DNA of 64,000 bases from an uncultured delta proteobacterium (GCA_963814585.1 CAWFDF010000004.1:416001-480000), one strand, 5' to 3'. Counted from the stretch's first letter, positions 1-13,078 are shown. Numbers and translations: made by a program. The notes: generated by a model from the letters alone, not told the origin.

Positions 1-84
1 CCCCTCGTCGAAGATGACCGCCCCGGCAGGGAACTCCCTGCCGTAGAGGTCGGCGGCGGCGCGGTGAGGAGTCGAGGTGACCAT
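1..84 (-). CDS. N-terminus of cyclic-nucleotide-binding (Crp/Fnr-type) protein, runs off the window
   Basis: Manual translation from ATG at 84: MVTSTPHRAAADLYGREFPAGAVIFDEG, typical start of a cNMP-binding domain (FxxGxxIFxEG). Confidence 0.65.
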   Translation of the reverse strand, partial: MVTSTPHRAAADLYGREFPAGAVIFDEG

Positions 85-224
85 GCGGGGCGGTCGGGGC
101 GGCGCGACGGAGGGCGAAAGCCTTGGAGATCCGCGACGCTACACCCGGAACCGGGACCATTCAACTGGGCGAACGGCTCGCGGCGGCGACGCCGGCCGGC
201 CCTTCGCGTGCTAGATCCCGGGGC

Positions 225-1079
225 GTGTCGACCGAGAGCCAGAGCCTTCGCGACCACCTGCGCGAGTGGACCTACGAGCTGGGAGGGCCCGGGACCCGGG
301 AGCGCCTGAAGAAGCTCGCCCCGGCGCGCAACGACTACGGCGTCGATCCCTACGGGTTCGACATCGACTTCACCATCGCGGCGGCGGCGCCGTTCGCCTG
401 GCTCTACCGCAAGTACTTCCGGGTGTCCCTCCACGGCATCGAGCACGTGCCCGCCAGCGGGCGCGTCCTGCTCTGCGCCAACCACTCCGGCCAGCTCCCC
501 TTCGACGCCGCCATGATCGAGCTGTCGCTGCTCCTCGACATGGACCCGCCGCGCATCGCCCGCGCCCTGGTGGAGCGCTGGGTGCCCACCCTCCCCTTCG
601 TCGCCCCCTTCTTCGCGCGGCTGGGCCAGGTGGTGGGCACGCCGGAGAACTGCCGGCGCCTGCTGGCCGCCGACGAGGCCCTGCTGGTCTTCCCGGAGGG
701 CGTGCGCGGGCTCAACAAGCCCTTCTCGGAGCGGTACCGGCTGCGGACCTTCTCCACCGGCTTCATCCGGCTGGCGCTGGAGGCCGGCGCGCCCATCGTC
801 CCCATCGGCGTGGTCGGGGCCGAGGAGCAGGCGCCGTCGCTGGTGGACCTGAAGCCGCTGGCGAAGATGCTCGGCCTGCCGGCCCTCCCCATCACGCCGT
901 ACCTGCTGCCGCTGCCGCTCCCGGTCCACTACCACATCCACTTCGGCGAGCCGCTCCGCTTCACCGGCTCGCCCGACGCCGACGACGCCGAGCTGGAGCG
1001 GCAGGCCGGCGAGGTGCAGGCCGCCGTGCAGGGGCTGGTGGACCATGGACTGGCCGAGCGGCCCGGGATCTTCCTGTGA
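225..1079 (+). CDS. Lysophospholipid/glycerol acyltransferase (PlsC-like)
   Basis: NHSGQLPFD (HxxxxD) and VFPEG motifs; GTG 225 preferred over TTG 123. Confidence 0.85.
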   Translation: MSTESQSLRDHLREWTYELGGPGTRERLKKLAPARNDYGVDPYGFDIDFTIAAAAPFAWLYRKYFRVSLHGIEHVPASGRVLLCANHSGQLPFDAAMIELSLLLDMDPPRIARALVERWVPTLPFVAPFFARLGQVVGTPENCRRLLAADEALLVFPEGVRGLNKPFSERYRLRTFSTGFIRLALEAGAPIVPIGVVGAEEQAPSLVDLKPLAKMLGLPALPITPYLLPLPLPVHYHIHFGEPLRFTGSPDADDAELERQAGEVQAAVQGLVDHGLAERPGIFL

Positions 1080-2014
1080 CGGAGCTCCCTCCGCTCCCCG
1101 GCCCGGTCCTGATCACCGGCATCGCCGGCAACCTCGGGCGCGCGCTGGCCAAGCAGCTCCACCTCGAGACCACCGTCATCGGCGTGGACCGCCGCCCGTT
1201 CCGCGACCGGCCCAAGGACGTGGAGCACCACCAGCTCGACCTGCGCAAGGCCCGGGTGGACGATCTCTTCCGCCGCCGGCGCCCCGCGGCGCTCATCCAC
1301 CTCGGCGTCTCGCACGATCCGCGCATGCCCTTCTCCGAGGCCCACGGCTTCAACGTGGTCGGGACCCAGAAGATCCTCGACCTGTGCGTTCGCCACGGCG
1401 TCAGGAAGGTGGTGGTGCTCTCCAGCGCCAACGTCTACGGGCCGCTCCCCAACAACTCCAACTTCCTCGTCGAGGAGACGCCGCTGATGGCGGCCGATCG
1501 CTTCTCGGGCATGCGCGACCTCATCGAGCTGGACATGTACGCGCAGTCGTTCGTCTGGCGACACCCCGAGGTGGAGACGGTCATCCTCCGCCCCTGCAAC
1601 ATCGTCGGCCCCACCGTCCGCAACGCCCCCGCCAACTTCCTGCGGCTGGCGCGCCCGCTCACGGTGATGGGCTTCGACCCGATGATCCAGCTCATCCACG
1701 AGGACGACGTGGCCGCGGCGATCCGGCTGGCCCTCCGTCCCGGTCCACGGGGCGTGTACAACCTGGTCGGACCGGGCGAGGTGCCGCTCTCCGCCGTGCT
1801 GCGCGAGCTGGGACGGGAGCCGGTGCCGGTGCCCGACTTCCTGCTCCGGCCGGCGCTGCGGCGGCTCTTCAAGGCGGGGGTGGTGTCGTTCCCGCCCGAG
1901 GAGCTGGACCACCTCCAGTACCTCTGCGTGGTGGACGGCTCCCGCGCCGTCCACGAGCTGGGCTGGGCGCCGCGCTTCACGCTGCGCGAGACCATCCGGA
2001 GCGTGCTGGGATGA
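1076..2014 (+). CDS. NAD-dependent epimerase/dehydratase (extended SDR)
   Basis: ITGIAGNLG Rossmann motif, LSSANVYG, LRPCNIVGP; GTGA overlap with upstream stop. Confidence 0.85.
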   Translation: MTELPPLPGPVLITGIAGNLGRALAKQLHLETTVIGVDRRPFRDRPKDVEHHQLDLRKARVDDLFRRRRPAALIHLGVSHDPRMPFSEAHGFNVVGTQKILDLCVRHGVRKVVVLSSANVYGPLPNNSNFLVEETPLMAADRFSGMRDLIELDMYAQSFVWRHPEVETVILRPCNIVGPTVRNAPANFLRLARPLTVMGFDPMIQLIHEDDVAAAIRLALRPGPRGVYNLVGPGEVPLSAVLRELGREPVPVPDFLLRPALRRLFKAGVVSFPPEELDHLQYLCVVDGSRAVHELGWAPRFTLRETIRSVLG

Positions 2015-2901
2015 CCGACGGCCTGGTCCGCGCCCTCCACCATGCCCGCGGCCTGCGGGCCCTGGTGGTGCGCGTCGGCGACCTGGCGCGGATGGCGCGG
2101 CTGCTCCACGGCCTGGCCCCGACCAGCGCCCAGCTCTTCGCCGAGGCGCTGGCGGCGGCCGCCCTGGTGGCGGCGCTGCAGAAGGACGAGGAGCGGATCA
2201 ACCTGCAGCTGGAGTGCGCCGGGCCGCTGCGCGGCCTCTTCGTCGACGCCGACTCCAGCGGCAACCTGCGCGGCTACGTGCGGGGCCCGACCGTGCACGT
2301 GCCGGGCGATCCCTCGGCCGCGGCCGTCGCCGCCCTGGGCGGGAGCGGCTACCTCTCCCTGCTGCGGGTTCGCGCCAACGGCACCTTCTACCGGAGCTCG
2401 GTGGAGCTGCAGCGCGAGCGGCTGGCCGGGGCGCTGCGCCGCTGGTTCCAGGCCAGCGAGCAGGTGGAGACGGCGCTGGAGGTCGAGGTGCTGCCCCGCG
2501 GCGACGAGCCGCTCGGCCAGGTGGCGGCCCTGCTGGTGCAGCGGCTTCCGGACGGCGACGCCGCGGCGCTGCTGGCGGCGCGGGCGGCCATCGAGGGCGG
2601 CGCCTTCCGTGACGCGCTGGCCGCGGGCGCACCGCCCCTGGCGCTGGTGCAGGCGGTCGCCGGAGGCGGATGGGAGCTGCTGGCCGAGCACGAGGTGTCC
2701 TACCGGTGCGGCTGCAGCGTCGACCGGGTTCGCAACGCCATCACCGCGCTCGGGCCCGACGGGATCGCCGACCTGGTCGCCACGGTGGGGCAGGCCGAGG
2801 TGGACTGCGAGTTCTGCCACGCCCACTACGTGCTCGACGCGGTCGAGCTCCGCGACCTGGAGCGGCGCCTGCGGGCCTCGCACCAGGGCGGCGCGGCGTA
2901 G
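2011..2901 (+). CDS. hslO: Hsp33 redox-regulated chaperone
   Basis: C-terminal Zn motif CGC...CEFC, GNLRGY, SEQVET; ATGA overlap. Confidence 0.85.
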   Translation: MTDGLVRALHHARGLRALVVRVGDLARMARLLHGLAPTSAQLFAEALAAAALVAALQKDEERINLQLECAGPLRGLFVDADSSGNLRGYVRGPTVHVPGDPSAAAVAALGGSGYLSLLRVRANGTFYRSSVELQRERLAGALRRWFQASEQVETALEVEVLPRGDEPLGQVAALLVQRLPDGDAAALLAARAAIEGGAFRDALAAGAPPLALVQAVAGGGWELLAEHEVSYRCGCSVDRVRNAITALGPDGIADLVATVGQAEVDCEFCHAHYVLDAVELRDLERRLRASHQGGAA

Positions 2902-2975
2902 CAGCGCCGCCCCCCGGCCCGGCCTGGCCAGGGCGCCCGCGGCCCGGACCGCGACCTGCCGCCGTCCTCGGACGC

Positions 2976-3804
2976 CTATCGAATCCCGTGCCGCGTCGGC
3001 CATCACCCAGCGCTGCGCGATGCCGGCGGAGAAGGCGAAGGCCGCGCCCAGGGTGCGGAAGACCTCCTCGACGACGCGCACCGTGCGGTCGTCGAGGCCA
3101 GCGATGGCTCCGTAGGCAGCGGTGGCGTCGAATCCGAGCCAGGCCACCAGGCTGGCGGTGAGCATGATCCAGGGCCAGGCCACCAGGCCGCCGCCCAGCA
3201 CCAGCGCGGCGCGCAGCACCGGGATGGCGACCACGAAGAGCGCGACGTCGAGCAGGCCGGTGAGGGCGTCGCCGGCCGCCGACGCGTCGCCGCGCAGGGT
3301 GGCGGGGAGCTTCTCCACCAGCTCCGGCCCGGCCAGCGCCACGGCCACGGCCAGGGCCACGGCGCGGGCCGCCAGCTGGGCGGCCGGCGAGGTGGCGTCG
3401 AGCCCCGACTCCCGCCAGGCGCGGGCCAGCAGGAGGAAGCCGGCCACGGCCAGGGCTCCGGAGGCGATGCTGGCGGAGGAGGCGGCCCAGGGCGCCCGCT
3501 CGGCCGCCTGGTAGAGGTTGCTGGCCGAGGGCCCGGTCCAGACCTTCACCGGCACCAGCACCAGGTAGGAGGCCGAGACCAGCAGCCAGGCCGGCCTCAT
3601 GGGCTCGCCGGGCTCGAAGGTGAGCGCGGCCACCAGCGTCCCGCCGGCGGCGAAGAGGTACATGGCGAGGGTCCAGCCGAAGAAGGCGCCGGCCAGCTGC
3701 GCCGGCTGGGGGATGGAGGCGGCGAACGGCGCCGGGAGCACCCCGATCACCAGCGTGGTGAGGGCGAGGGCCTGGAAGCGGAGGTGTCGCCTGGCCTGGC
3801 TCAT
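2976..3804 (-). CDS. Multi-pass membrane protein of unknown function (stop reached only after a +1 correction near 2985)
   Basis: About 7-8 hydrophobic segments; GGAG SD before ATG 3804; removing one base of CCC 2985-2987 gives ...AARIR-TAG. Confidence 0.6.
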
Positions 3805-4041
3805 CGGATCTCCCGGGTCGATCTCCTCGACGAGGCGCTCGGCGGTGGCGGCCCCGAGCAGGGTCCGGAGCGCGGGCCGCAGCGCCGCCAGGAGCCGCGG
3901 GACATCGGCGCCCGTGAGCGCCTCGGGCTCCATCTGGAGGGACCGCTGGCAGAAGGTGCGGGTGGCGTTCCGGGCCGTGTTGGGCCCGAGCAGCGGGGCC
4001 AGCCGCGCCTCGATCAGCTTGCTGACGGTCTCCCCGGCCAT
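3801..4041 (-). CDS. Small helical hypothetical protein (~79 aa); appears fused to next gene by a +1 indel
   Basis: MAGETVSKLIEARLAPLLGPNTARNA...; removing one base at 3815-3817 gives EEIDREIR-TGA overlapping the next ATG. Confidence 0.6.
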
Positions 4042-4104
4042 GCGTGGCTCCAACCTAGCCCATCCCGGCCGCCCACCGGTACTGCCCGTTCCGGCGGCCT
4101 GGCC

Positions 4105-4485
4105 TCAGCGGACGCTCATGGAGCCGACCCGCGCCACCAGGAAGTCGAGCGCCTCCTGACGGGTCCGGAACGCCCGGGTGTGCCGCTCGCCGGTGGCGCG
4201 CAGGTAGGCGTTGAAGAAGACGACCTTGAGGCCGCTGACGCCGGTGAGGGCCGAGCGGTCGATGAGGAGCCGGTTCATGCGTCCGACCTCCTTGACCCGC
4301 TTCATGAAGGCGCTGCCGATGACCGAGCCCTCGAAGTCGTTGTAGAGGAGCGCCGCGCGGTGGAGCGGCTGCATCATGGCGCTGCCGGCCTCGAGGGTGG
4401 CGATGAGCTCCCCGTCGGTCTTCTGGTCGCGGTAGTCGAAGAACAGGATCTGTCGACCCCGATGCTCGATCCAGCTCGCCGGCAT
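4105..4485 (-). CDS. STAS/SpoIIAA-like single-domain protein
   Basis: WIEHRGRQILFFDY ... RAFRTRQEALDFL, typical SpoIIAA-like C-terminus; strong SD. Confidence 0.6.
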   Translation of the reverse strand: MPASWIEHRGRQILFFDYRDQKTDGELIATLEAGSAMMQPLHRAALLYNDFEGSVIGSAFMKRVKEVGRMNRLLIDRSALTGVSGLKVVFFNAYLRATGERHTRAFRTRQEALDFLVARVGSMSVR

Positions 4486-4620
4486 CGCCTCCCCCTCCCG
4501 TGGCGCCCAGCCTACCACCCCCGGGGCGGGCCCACGCCCGGCCGGCGCCGGCCCCGGTCACCTGTCCCGATCGGGACGTCCCGGTCTACACTCCCGGGCA
4601 CACGCCGACGGGGAGGTCAC

Positions 4621-6105
4621 ATGCGCTTTCCAGAGTACGACCGGTTCGACGCCCTGGCGCTCGGGGCGATGGTCGCGAAGGGCGAGGTGAGCGCGACCGA
4701 GGTGCTCGAGGCGGCGCTGGAGCGGGCCGACGCGCGCAACCCGGCCCTCAACGCCATCGTCCACCGGGCCGACGACGTGGCCCGCCGGCGCGCCGCCGGG
4801 CCGCTGCCGGCGGGGCCCCTCGCCGGGGTCCCCTTCGTGATCAAGGACCTGCTCACGGCCTGGCGGGACCAGCCCATGACCTTCAGCTCCCGGCTCGGCG
4901 CCGGCTACCGGCCCGGCTTCGACTCCGAGGTGGTGCGGCGGCTGGAGGCGGCCGGGCTGCTCCTCTTCGGCACCACCAACGCCCCGGAGATGGGGATCCT
5001 GGCGCACACCGAGCCCGCGCTCCACGGCCCGTGCCGCAACCCCTGGAACACCGACCACACGCCGGGCGGCTCCTCGGGCGGATCGGCCGCGGCGGTGGCG
5101 GCGAGGATCGTGCCGGCCGCCCACGGGAACGACGGCGGCGGCTCCCTGCGGATCCCCGCTTCCCACGGCGCGCTCTTCGGCCTGAAGCCGACGCGCGGCC
5201 GCGTCTCCTTCGCGCCGGCCAGCGACGGCTGGGACGGGATGGCCTGCGAGGGGGTGCTGACGCGGAGCGTCCGCGACTCGGCGGCCCTCCTCGACGCCAT
5301 GGCCGGCCCGGTCCCCGGGGACCCCTACACGCCGCCGGCGCCCGCCCGGCCGTGGCTGGAGGAGGTGGGGCGGCCCCCCGGCCGACTCCGCATCGCCTTC
5401 ACCGAGGAGTCCTTCTTCGGCCGCACCACCCACGAGGAGTGCCGCGCCGTGGTGCGCGAGGCGGCCGCCGCGCTGGCCGACCTCGGGCACGAGGTGGTCG
5501 AGGACCGCCCGCCCTTCCAGCGCGAGCCCATGGTCCGGGCCTACCTGGTGGTGGTCGCGGCCGGCGTCAGCTCCGCCGTGGCCACGGCCGCGCGCCTCAC
5601 CGGCCGGCGCCCGCGCCAGTCGCTCCTCGAGCCGGAGACGGTCGGCCTCGACGCCGGCGGGCGCGCCTTCACGGCGGCCGAGCACCTGGCGGCGGTGGAG
5701 GCCATGCACGCCTTCGCCCGCCAGGTGGGCCCGTTCTTCGAGCGCTACCACCTGCTCCTCACGCCGACGGTGGGCCAGCCGCCGGTGCGGGTGGGCGCGC
5801 TCCAGCCCAAGCGGATCGAGGCGCTGGGGATCCGCCTGGCGGCGGCGCTGGGGAGCCGGGGCCTGCTCGACCGGATGTTCGCCGAGATCGGTGACCGCTC
5901 CTTCGAGGCCACCGGCTTCACCATGCCGTGGAACCAGACCGGCCAGCCGGCCGCCAGCGTCCCCATGCGCTGGACGCCCGACGGGCTGCCGCTCGGCGCC
6001 CAGCTCGTCGGCAGGTTCGGCGACGAGGCCACGCTGTTCCAGGTCGCCGCTCAGCTCGAGGCGGCGCGGCCCTGGGCGGACCGGGCTCCGCCCGGCATCG
6101 GCTGA
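4621..6105 (+). CDS. Amidase signature family enzyme
   Basis: GVPFVIKDL, TPGGSSGGSAAAVAA, DGGGSLRIPAS; SD GGGGAGG. Confidence 0.92.
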   Translation: MRFPEYDRFDALALGAMVAKGEVSATEVLEAALERADARNPALNAIVHRADDVARRRAAGPLPAGPLAGVPFVIKDLLTAWRDQPMTFSSRLGAGYRPGFDSEVVRRLEAAGLLLFGTTNAPEMGILAHTEPALHGPCRNPWNTDHTPGGSSGGSAAAVAARIVPAAHGNDGGGSLRIPASHGALFGLKPTRGRVSFAPASDGWDGMACEGVLTRSVRDSAALLDAMAGPVPGDPYTPPAPARPWLEEVGRPPGRLRIAFTEESFFGRTTHEECRAVVREAAAALADLGHEVVEDRPPFQREPMVRAYLVVVAAGVSSAVATAARLTGRRPRQSLLEPETVGLDAGGRAFTAAEHLAAVEAMHAFARQVGPFFERYHLLLTPTVGQPPVRVGALQPKRIEALGIRLAAALGSRGLLDRMFAEIGDRSFEATGFTMPWNQTGQPAASVPMRWTPDGLPLGAQLVGRFGDEATLFQVAAQLEAARPWADRAPPGIG

Positions 6106-6241
6106 TGGCGCCCCTCGCCTGGCCGGGTCCCTGCCGAGGCGCACGCGGCCTGGCCGCGCCGCGCGGACCGGGGACCCGGCCGTGGCGTGGTACATTCCAT
6201 CCCGTCGGCCGAGCGTTCGGCCACCTGCCGGAGGGGAAGCC

Positions 6242-6931
6242 ATCGCCCGCTCGAAGAAGAGGACCGCCCGCAAGGGCTCGACGCGCCCCGCGAAGGGCCC
6301 CGCCGTCCCACCGAAGCGCCCCTCCCGGCGCAAGCCGGGGCGCCGGGCCGTCTCCGAGGCGCCGTCGGACCACCCGCTGGGCGAGGGCGTTGCCGACGGC
6401 TTCGCCCTGCGCCGCCTGAAGGCCCCGGCCCGCCTCTCGCGGACCCCCAAGAAGGCGGTGCGCGAGCTGGGGTGGGCCGCCTTCGGCGAGCTGGCGAGGC
6501 ACCTGGCGGAGCGCATCTCGGCGCGCTACCAGCCCGACGTGGTGCTGGGCATCGTCAAGGGGGGGGTCTTCGCCGGTGGGGCGCTGGCCGCGGCCCTGCA
6601 GGCCGACTTCCACCCGGTCCGGATCGAGAAGCGGCGGCGCGACGCGCTCGCCCACACCGCCCCGGTGGAGCAGCTCCCCGACCTGACCGGCAAGCGGGTG
6701 CTGGTGGTGGACGACGTCTGCACCACCGGCGCCACCCTGGCCAAGGCCCGGTCCGGCGCCCGCAAGGCCGGGGCCCGGCAGGTCCAGACCGCCACGCTGG
6801 TGAGGCGCCCCGGCGGCGCCCGGCCGGACTGGTTCGCCATCGAGACCGACTCGCTGGTCCTCTTCGGCTGGGACTACGATCTCGAGGCCACCGGCTCGGT
6901 CGACTTCGATCCCGGCGAGGCCGGCGTCTAG
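6242..6931 (+). CDS. Type I phosphoribosyltransferase with basic N-terminal extension (start uncertain, ATC after SD)
   Basis: PRPP motif [24 protein letters not shown]. Confidence 0.8.
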   Translation: MARSKKRTARKGSTRPAKGPAVPPKRPSRRKPGRRAVSEAPSDHPLGEGVADGFALRRLKAPARLSRTPKKAVRELGWAAFGELARHLAERISARYQPDVVLGIVKGGVFAGGALAAALQADFHPVRIEKRRRDALAHTAPVEQLPDLTGKRVLVVDDVCTTGATLAKARSGARKAGARQVQTATLVRRPGGARPDWFAIETDSLVLFGWDYDLEATGSVDFDPGEAGV

Positions 6932-6958
6932 CGGAGTCCCACCGGCGCCCGAGGCCAC

Positions 6959-8904
<1,946 letters not shown>

Positions 8905-8908
<4 letters not shown>

Positions 8909-11508
8909 GCGAGGCCACGCGCGATCGGGTGGCCGGCGGCACCATCGTCCTGCGGGACCAGCGGGTGGTCTACGCCACGATGGGCGCCCAGGCGCTGCTC
9001 GGCCGGTCGGGGCGCGACCTGCTGGGGCGCGAGCTGTCGGAGCTGCTGGCCCCCGAGGACCGGGAGCGGGTCATCGACCGGCACCTGCGGCGGCTGCGCG
9101 GCGAGCCGGTGCCGACCGAGTACGAGATGCAGCTCCTCCGGCCCGACGGCTCGCGCTGCACCACCGAGGCGCGGGTGTCGCTGGAGGGGACCGAGGTGGT
9201 GGTCCAGCTGCAGGATCTCTCCGACCAGGCCGATCGGCGGCGCCGGCTGGAGGGGCTGGCGGCGCTGGGCGTGGCCGTCCAGCGCGAGCGGACCGAGTCG
9301 GCCATCCAGGAGCTGGTGAGGACCGGGCTGGCGGGCCTGGACCTGGCCCCGGCCCTGCTGCGCCCCTCGGACGACGGGGTCCGGGTGGTCTGGGCGCGCT
9401 TCCCCGCCGCCATCGGCGAGGCGGTCACGGCGCTCCTGAACCGGCCCATCGAGGGGCTGGTCGGCCCGTGGAGTCCCTTCAGCCGCGAGGTCTGGTCGGC
9501 GGGCTCCGCCTACTCCGACGACTGGGTGACCCACGCCGCGCTCTTCGCCCGACAGGAGAAGGCCGGCCGGATCGCGGCGGCGGCGGCGGCCCTGGGCCTG
9601 GTGCGCGGCCTGGCGGTCCGGCTCGACCAGCGGCTCGGCTCGGCCGGCTACCTGCTCGCGGTCGGGGAGTGGATCCGCAGCGACGACCTGCCCGCCTTCC
9701 GGCTCTTCGGCGCGCAGGTGGCGGCCGCGCTCGACTCGGCCCGCGACATCGCCGAGCTCTCGGCGCGCAACGTCGACCTGGCGGCGCTGGCCGAGCTGGG
9801 GAGGCTCTCCGGCTCGCTCTCCTCCATCGACGAGTTCCTCCCGCGCGCCCTCGAGGTGGTCCTGGCCACGTCCGGCTGCCAGGCCGCAGGCGTCTACACC
9901 GCCTCGCCGGCCCGCCAGCAGCTGGAGCTGACCCACGTGGCCGGCCTGACGCAGCGTCCGCCATGGGTCGTCCGCACCGGCTCCCTCGGCTCGCCGCTGG
10001 GCGCCGTGGTGAGGAGCCGGCGCCTGGTGGTGGCCCACCTCGAGGAGCTCGACGGCGAGGCGCGCCACTGGCTGGAGGGGGTTGGCCTGACCACCTTCGC
10101 CTACGTGCCGCTGGTGGCCCGCACCCAGACCCTGGGCGTGATGGTGGCGGCCTGGCGGGACCGGCTCGACGCGGAGGCCTGCCGACCCGAGCTGCTGCTG
10201 GCCATGGGGTCCCACCTGGCCGCCGCCATGGAGTCGAACCACCTGCTCGGCGACCTGCGGCGCCGCGTCGGCGAGCTGACGCTCCTCAACGACGTGGCGG
10301 CGGCCACCGCCAGCCTGGACCCGGCGCTGCTGCTGGAGAACGCGCTGCGGCGGATCTGCGAGACCCTCGAGGCCGACGGCGGGATGGCCCACCTCGTCAC
10401 CGACGGCGTGCTGGAACAGCAGGCCGCCATCGGCCTCCGGGCCGAGACCGCGGCGCTGATCCGCCGGCTGGGGCTCGAGGAGGGGCCGGGCGGGCAGGCG
10501 ATGGCCCGGCGCCAGCCGGTCATCGACCCGCCGCCGGAGCTGGAAGGTTCGCGCTGCAGCGAGGCCCGGCTGCGGGAGCAGCTCCGGACCGTGCTGGCGG
10601 TGCCGCTGCTGGCCAAGGAGCGGGCGGTGGGCTCCCTCTGCCTCTTCCGGCGCACCGCGCGCCCCTTCGCCAGCGGCGAGGTGACCCTGCTCTCGGCCAT
10701 CGGCGTCCAGCTGGGGGTGGCGGTGGACGCGGCCCGGCAGCACGCCCAGGTCATCTCCGCCAACGCCGACCTGCGCCGCGAGGAGGGGAGGAGCATCCGC
10801 AGGTCGCGGCTGGAGGCGCTCGGCGAGCTCTCCGCGGTGATCGCCCACGAGGTCCGCAACCCGCTCGGCGTCATCTTCAACTCGCTCGGCTCGCTGCGCC
10901 GGCTCACCGGCAGCGCCGGGGACGCCCGGATGCTGGTGGACATCGTCGGCGAGGAGGCCGATCGGCTCAACCGCATCGTCGGCGACCTGCTCGACTTCGC
11001 CCGCCACTCGCCGCCCCAGCTCGCGCCCGACCGCCTGGAGCAGGTGGTCGAGGAGGCGGTCAGCGTGGCCCTGGCCCAGCCGCCGGCCGGGCTGGAGGTG
11101 GTGCGCAGCCTCGACGCCCCGCTGCCCGAGGTCCCGCTCGACGCCGGGCAGGTGCGCCAGGCCGTGCTCAACCTGGTGGTCAACGCGGTGCAGGCCATGC
11201 CGCGTGGCGGGCGGCTCACGGTGCGGACCTTCGTCGAGGACGCCGCCGCCGTGGTGGAGGTGGAGGACACCGGCCCGGGCATCCCCGAGCTGGTCCGCGC
11301 CCGCGTCTTCGAGCCCTTCTTCACCACCAAGGCCACCGGCACCGGCCTCGGCCTGCCGGTGGTGAAGCGGATCGTCGAGGGACACGGCGGCGAGCTTCGG
11401 CTCCGCACCGGCCCCACCGGAACCTGCTTCTCCCTGCACTTCCCCCTGGCGCCCGGACCGGCGCCCGGACCGGCCGCAGGTCCCGACCCTGGAGCGTCCG
11501 ACCGATGA
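8905..11508 (+). CDS. Cytoplasmic PAS/GAF sensor histidine kinase
   Basis: N-terminal PAS, GAF-like repeats, H-box AHEVRNPL, NAVQAM, DTGPG, GTGLGL. Confidence 0.92.
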
Positions 11509-12905
11509 CCGATGCCCGCCTGCCCACTCCCCCGCCCGGTGCCGCCCGGGCCGGCCGGCTGCTGGTGGTCGACGACCAGCGGAACATGCGGGCCACCACC
11601 GCCATGGTGCTCCGGCAGGCCGGCTACCTGGTGGACGAGGCCGAGGACGGCGCCGCCGCGCTGCGGCTGCTGGCGGGTGACGGCTACGACGTGGTGCTCA
11701 CCGACCTGCGCATGCCGGACGTCGACGGGATGGAGGTGCTGCGAGCCGCCCGGCAGGTGGCGCCGGAGACCGAGGTCATCGTCATGACCGCCTACGGCAC
11801 CATCGAGTCGGCGGTGGAGGCCATCCGCCGCGGCGCCTACGACTTCCTGGCCAAGCCGTTCAAGGAGGACGAGCTGCTGCTGCGAACCGCCAAGGCCGTG
11901 GAGAAGCGGCGCCTGGTCGGGCAGGTGAGCGTGCTCACCGGGGAGTTCCGCCGCCGCTTCGGGCTCGACCACATCATCGGCCGCTCGGCGGGCCTGCGCG
12001 AGGTCCTCGACCGGATCGCGCGCGTCGCCCCCTCCGACGCCACCGTCCTCATCACCGGCGAGTCGGGGACGGGCAAGGAGGTGGTGGCGCGAGCCCTCCA
12101 CGTCGCCAGCCGGCGCGGCGACCGGCCCTTCGTCCCGGTCAACTGCGCCGCCATCACCGAGACCCTGCTGGAGTCGGAGCTCTTCGGCCACGCCCGCGGC
12201 GCCTTCACCGGGGCCACCCGGGCCCGGCGCGGCCTCTTCGAGGAGGCCAGCGGCGGCACGCTCTTCATCGACGAGATCGGCGACACCGCGCCGGGCTTCC
12301 AGGCCAAGCTGCTGCGCGCCCTCCAGGACGGCGAGATCCGGCGGGTGGGCGAGTCGTCCCCGGTGCAGGTGGACGTCCGCGTCATCGCCGCCACCAACCA
12401 GGACCTGCGCCGGGCCATCGCCGAGCAGCGCTTCCGCGAGGACCTCTTCTACCGGCTCAACGTGGTGCCGATCCGCATCCCGCCGCTGCGGGAGCGGCTC
12501 GAGGACGTGCCGCTGCTGGCCGTCCACTTCCTCGGCCAGTACAACCAGCGCGCCGGGACGAAGAAGGTCTTCACCCCGGCGGCGCTGGCCGAGCTGACCG
12601 AGTACGGCTGGCCCGGCAACGTGCGCGAGCTGGAGAACATGGTCGAGCAGGCGGCGGCGCTCTCGCCCGGCGCGGAGATCGGCCCCGAGGAGATCCAGTT
12701 CGACCCGGCCACCCCGGTGCGGAGCGGGGCGGAGCCGGGCCAGGCCCGGACGCTGGCGGCCGCCGTCGAGGAGGCGGAGCGGGGGACCATCCAGGACGCC
12801 CTGCAGCGGTGCGAGGGCGACCTCGGGCGGGTGGCACCGGAGCTGGGGATCTCCGCGACCACGCTCTGGCGGAAGATGAAGCGGCTCGGCCTGACGGCGC
12901 GCTGA
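11505..12905 (+). CDS. Sigma54-dependent response regulator (NtrC family bEBP)
   Basis: Receiver VVDD/DLRMP, GESGTGKE, GAFTGA, WPGNVREL, Fis-type HTH. Confidence 0.95.
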   Translation: MTDARLPTPPPGAARAGRLLVVDDQRNMRATTAMVLRQAGYLVDEAEDGAAALRLLAGDGYDVVLTDLRMPDVDGMEVLRAARQVAPETEVIVMTAYGTIESAVEAIRRGAYDFLAKPFKEDELLLRTAKAVEKRRLVGQVSVLTGEFRRRFGLDHIIGRSAGLREVLDRIARVAPSDATVLITGESGTGKEVVARALHVASRRGDRPFVPVNCAAITETLLESELFGHARGAFTGATRARRGLFEEASGGTLFIDEIGDTAPGFQAKLLRALQDGEIRRVGESSPVQVDVRVIAATNQDLRRAIAEQRFREDLFYRLNVVPIRIPPLRERLEDVPLLAVHFLGQYNQRAGTKKVFTPAALAELTEYGWPGNVRELENMVEQAAALSPGAEIGPEEIQFDPATPVRSGAEPGQARTLAAAVEEAERGTIQDALQRCEGDLGRVAPELGISATTLWRKMKRLGLTAR

Positions 12906-13062
12906 ACTCCCCTTTCACCTTGCGATCCTGAAATGCAGGGCTGCAAGGCGGGCCCGGCCCGGCTCCGGCCGGCCGGGGTGGGGTCGCGACGCGGTGGTCG
13001 CAACTCCCCGGAATCCCGGGTGCTCCGGCCATCCGGCGCGCGGCGGGCGCGGGGAGGCCCGC

Positions 13063-13078
13063 TGGCATCCCCGATGCT
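13063..13078 (+). promoter_or_regulatory. Sigma54 -24/-12 promoter
   Basis: TGGCATCCCCGATGCT = GG-N10-GC, 87 nt upstream of ATG 13165. Confidence 0.6.
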
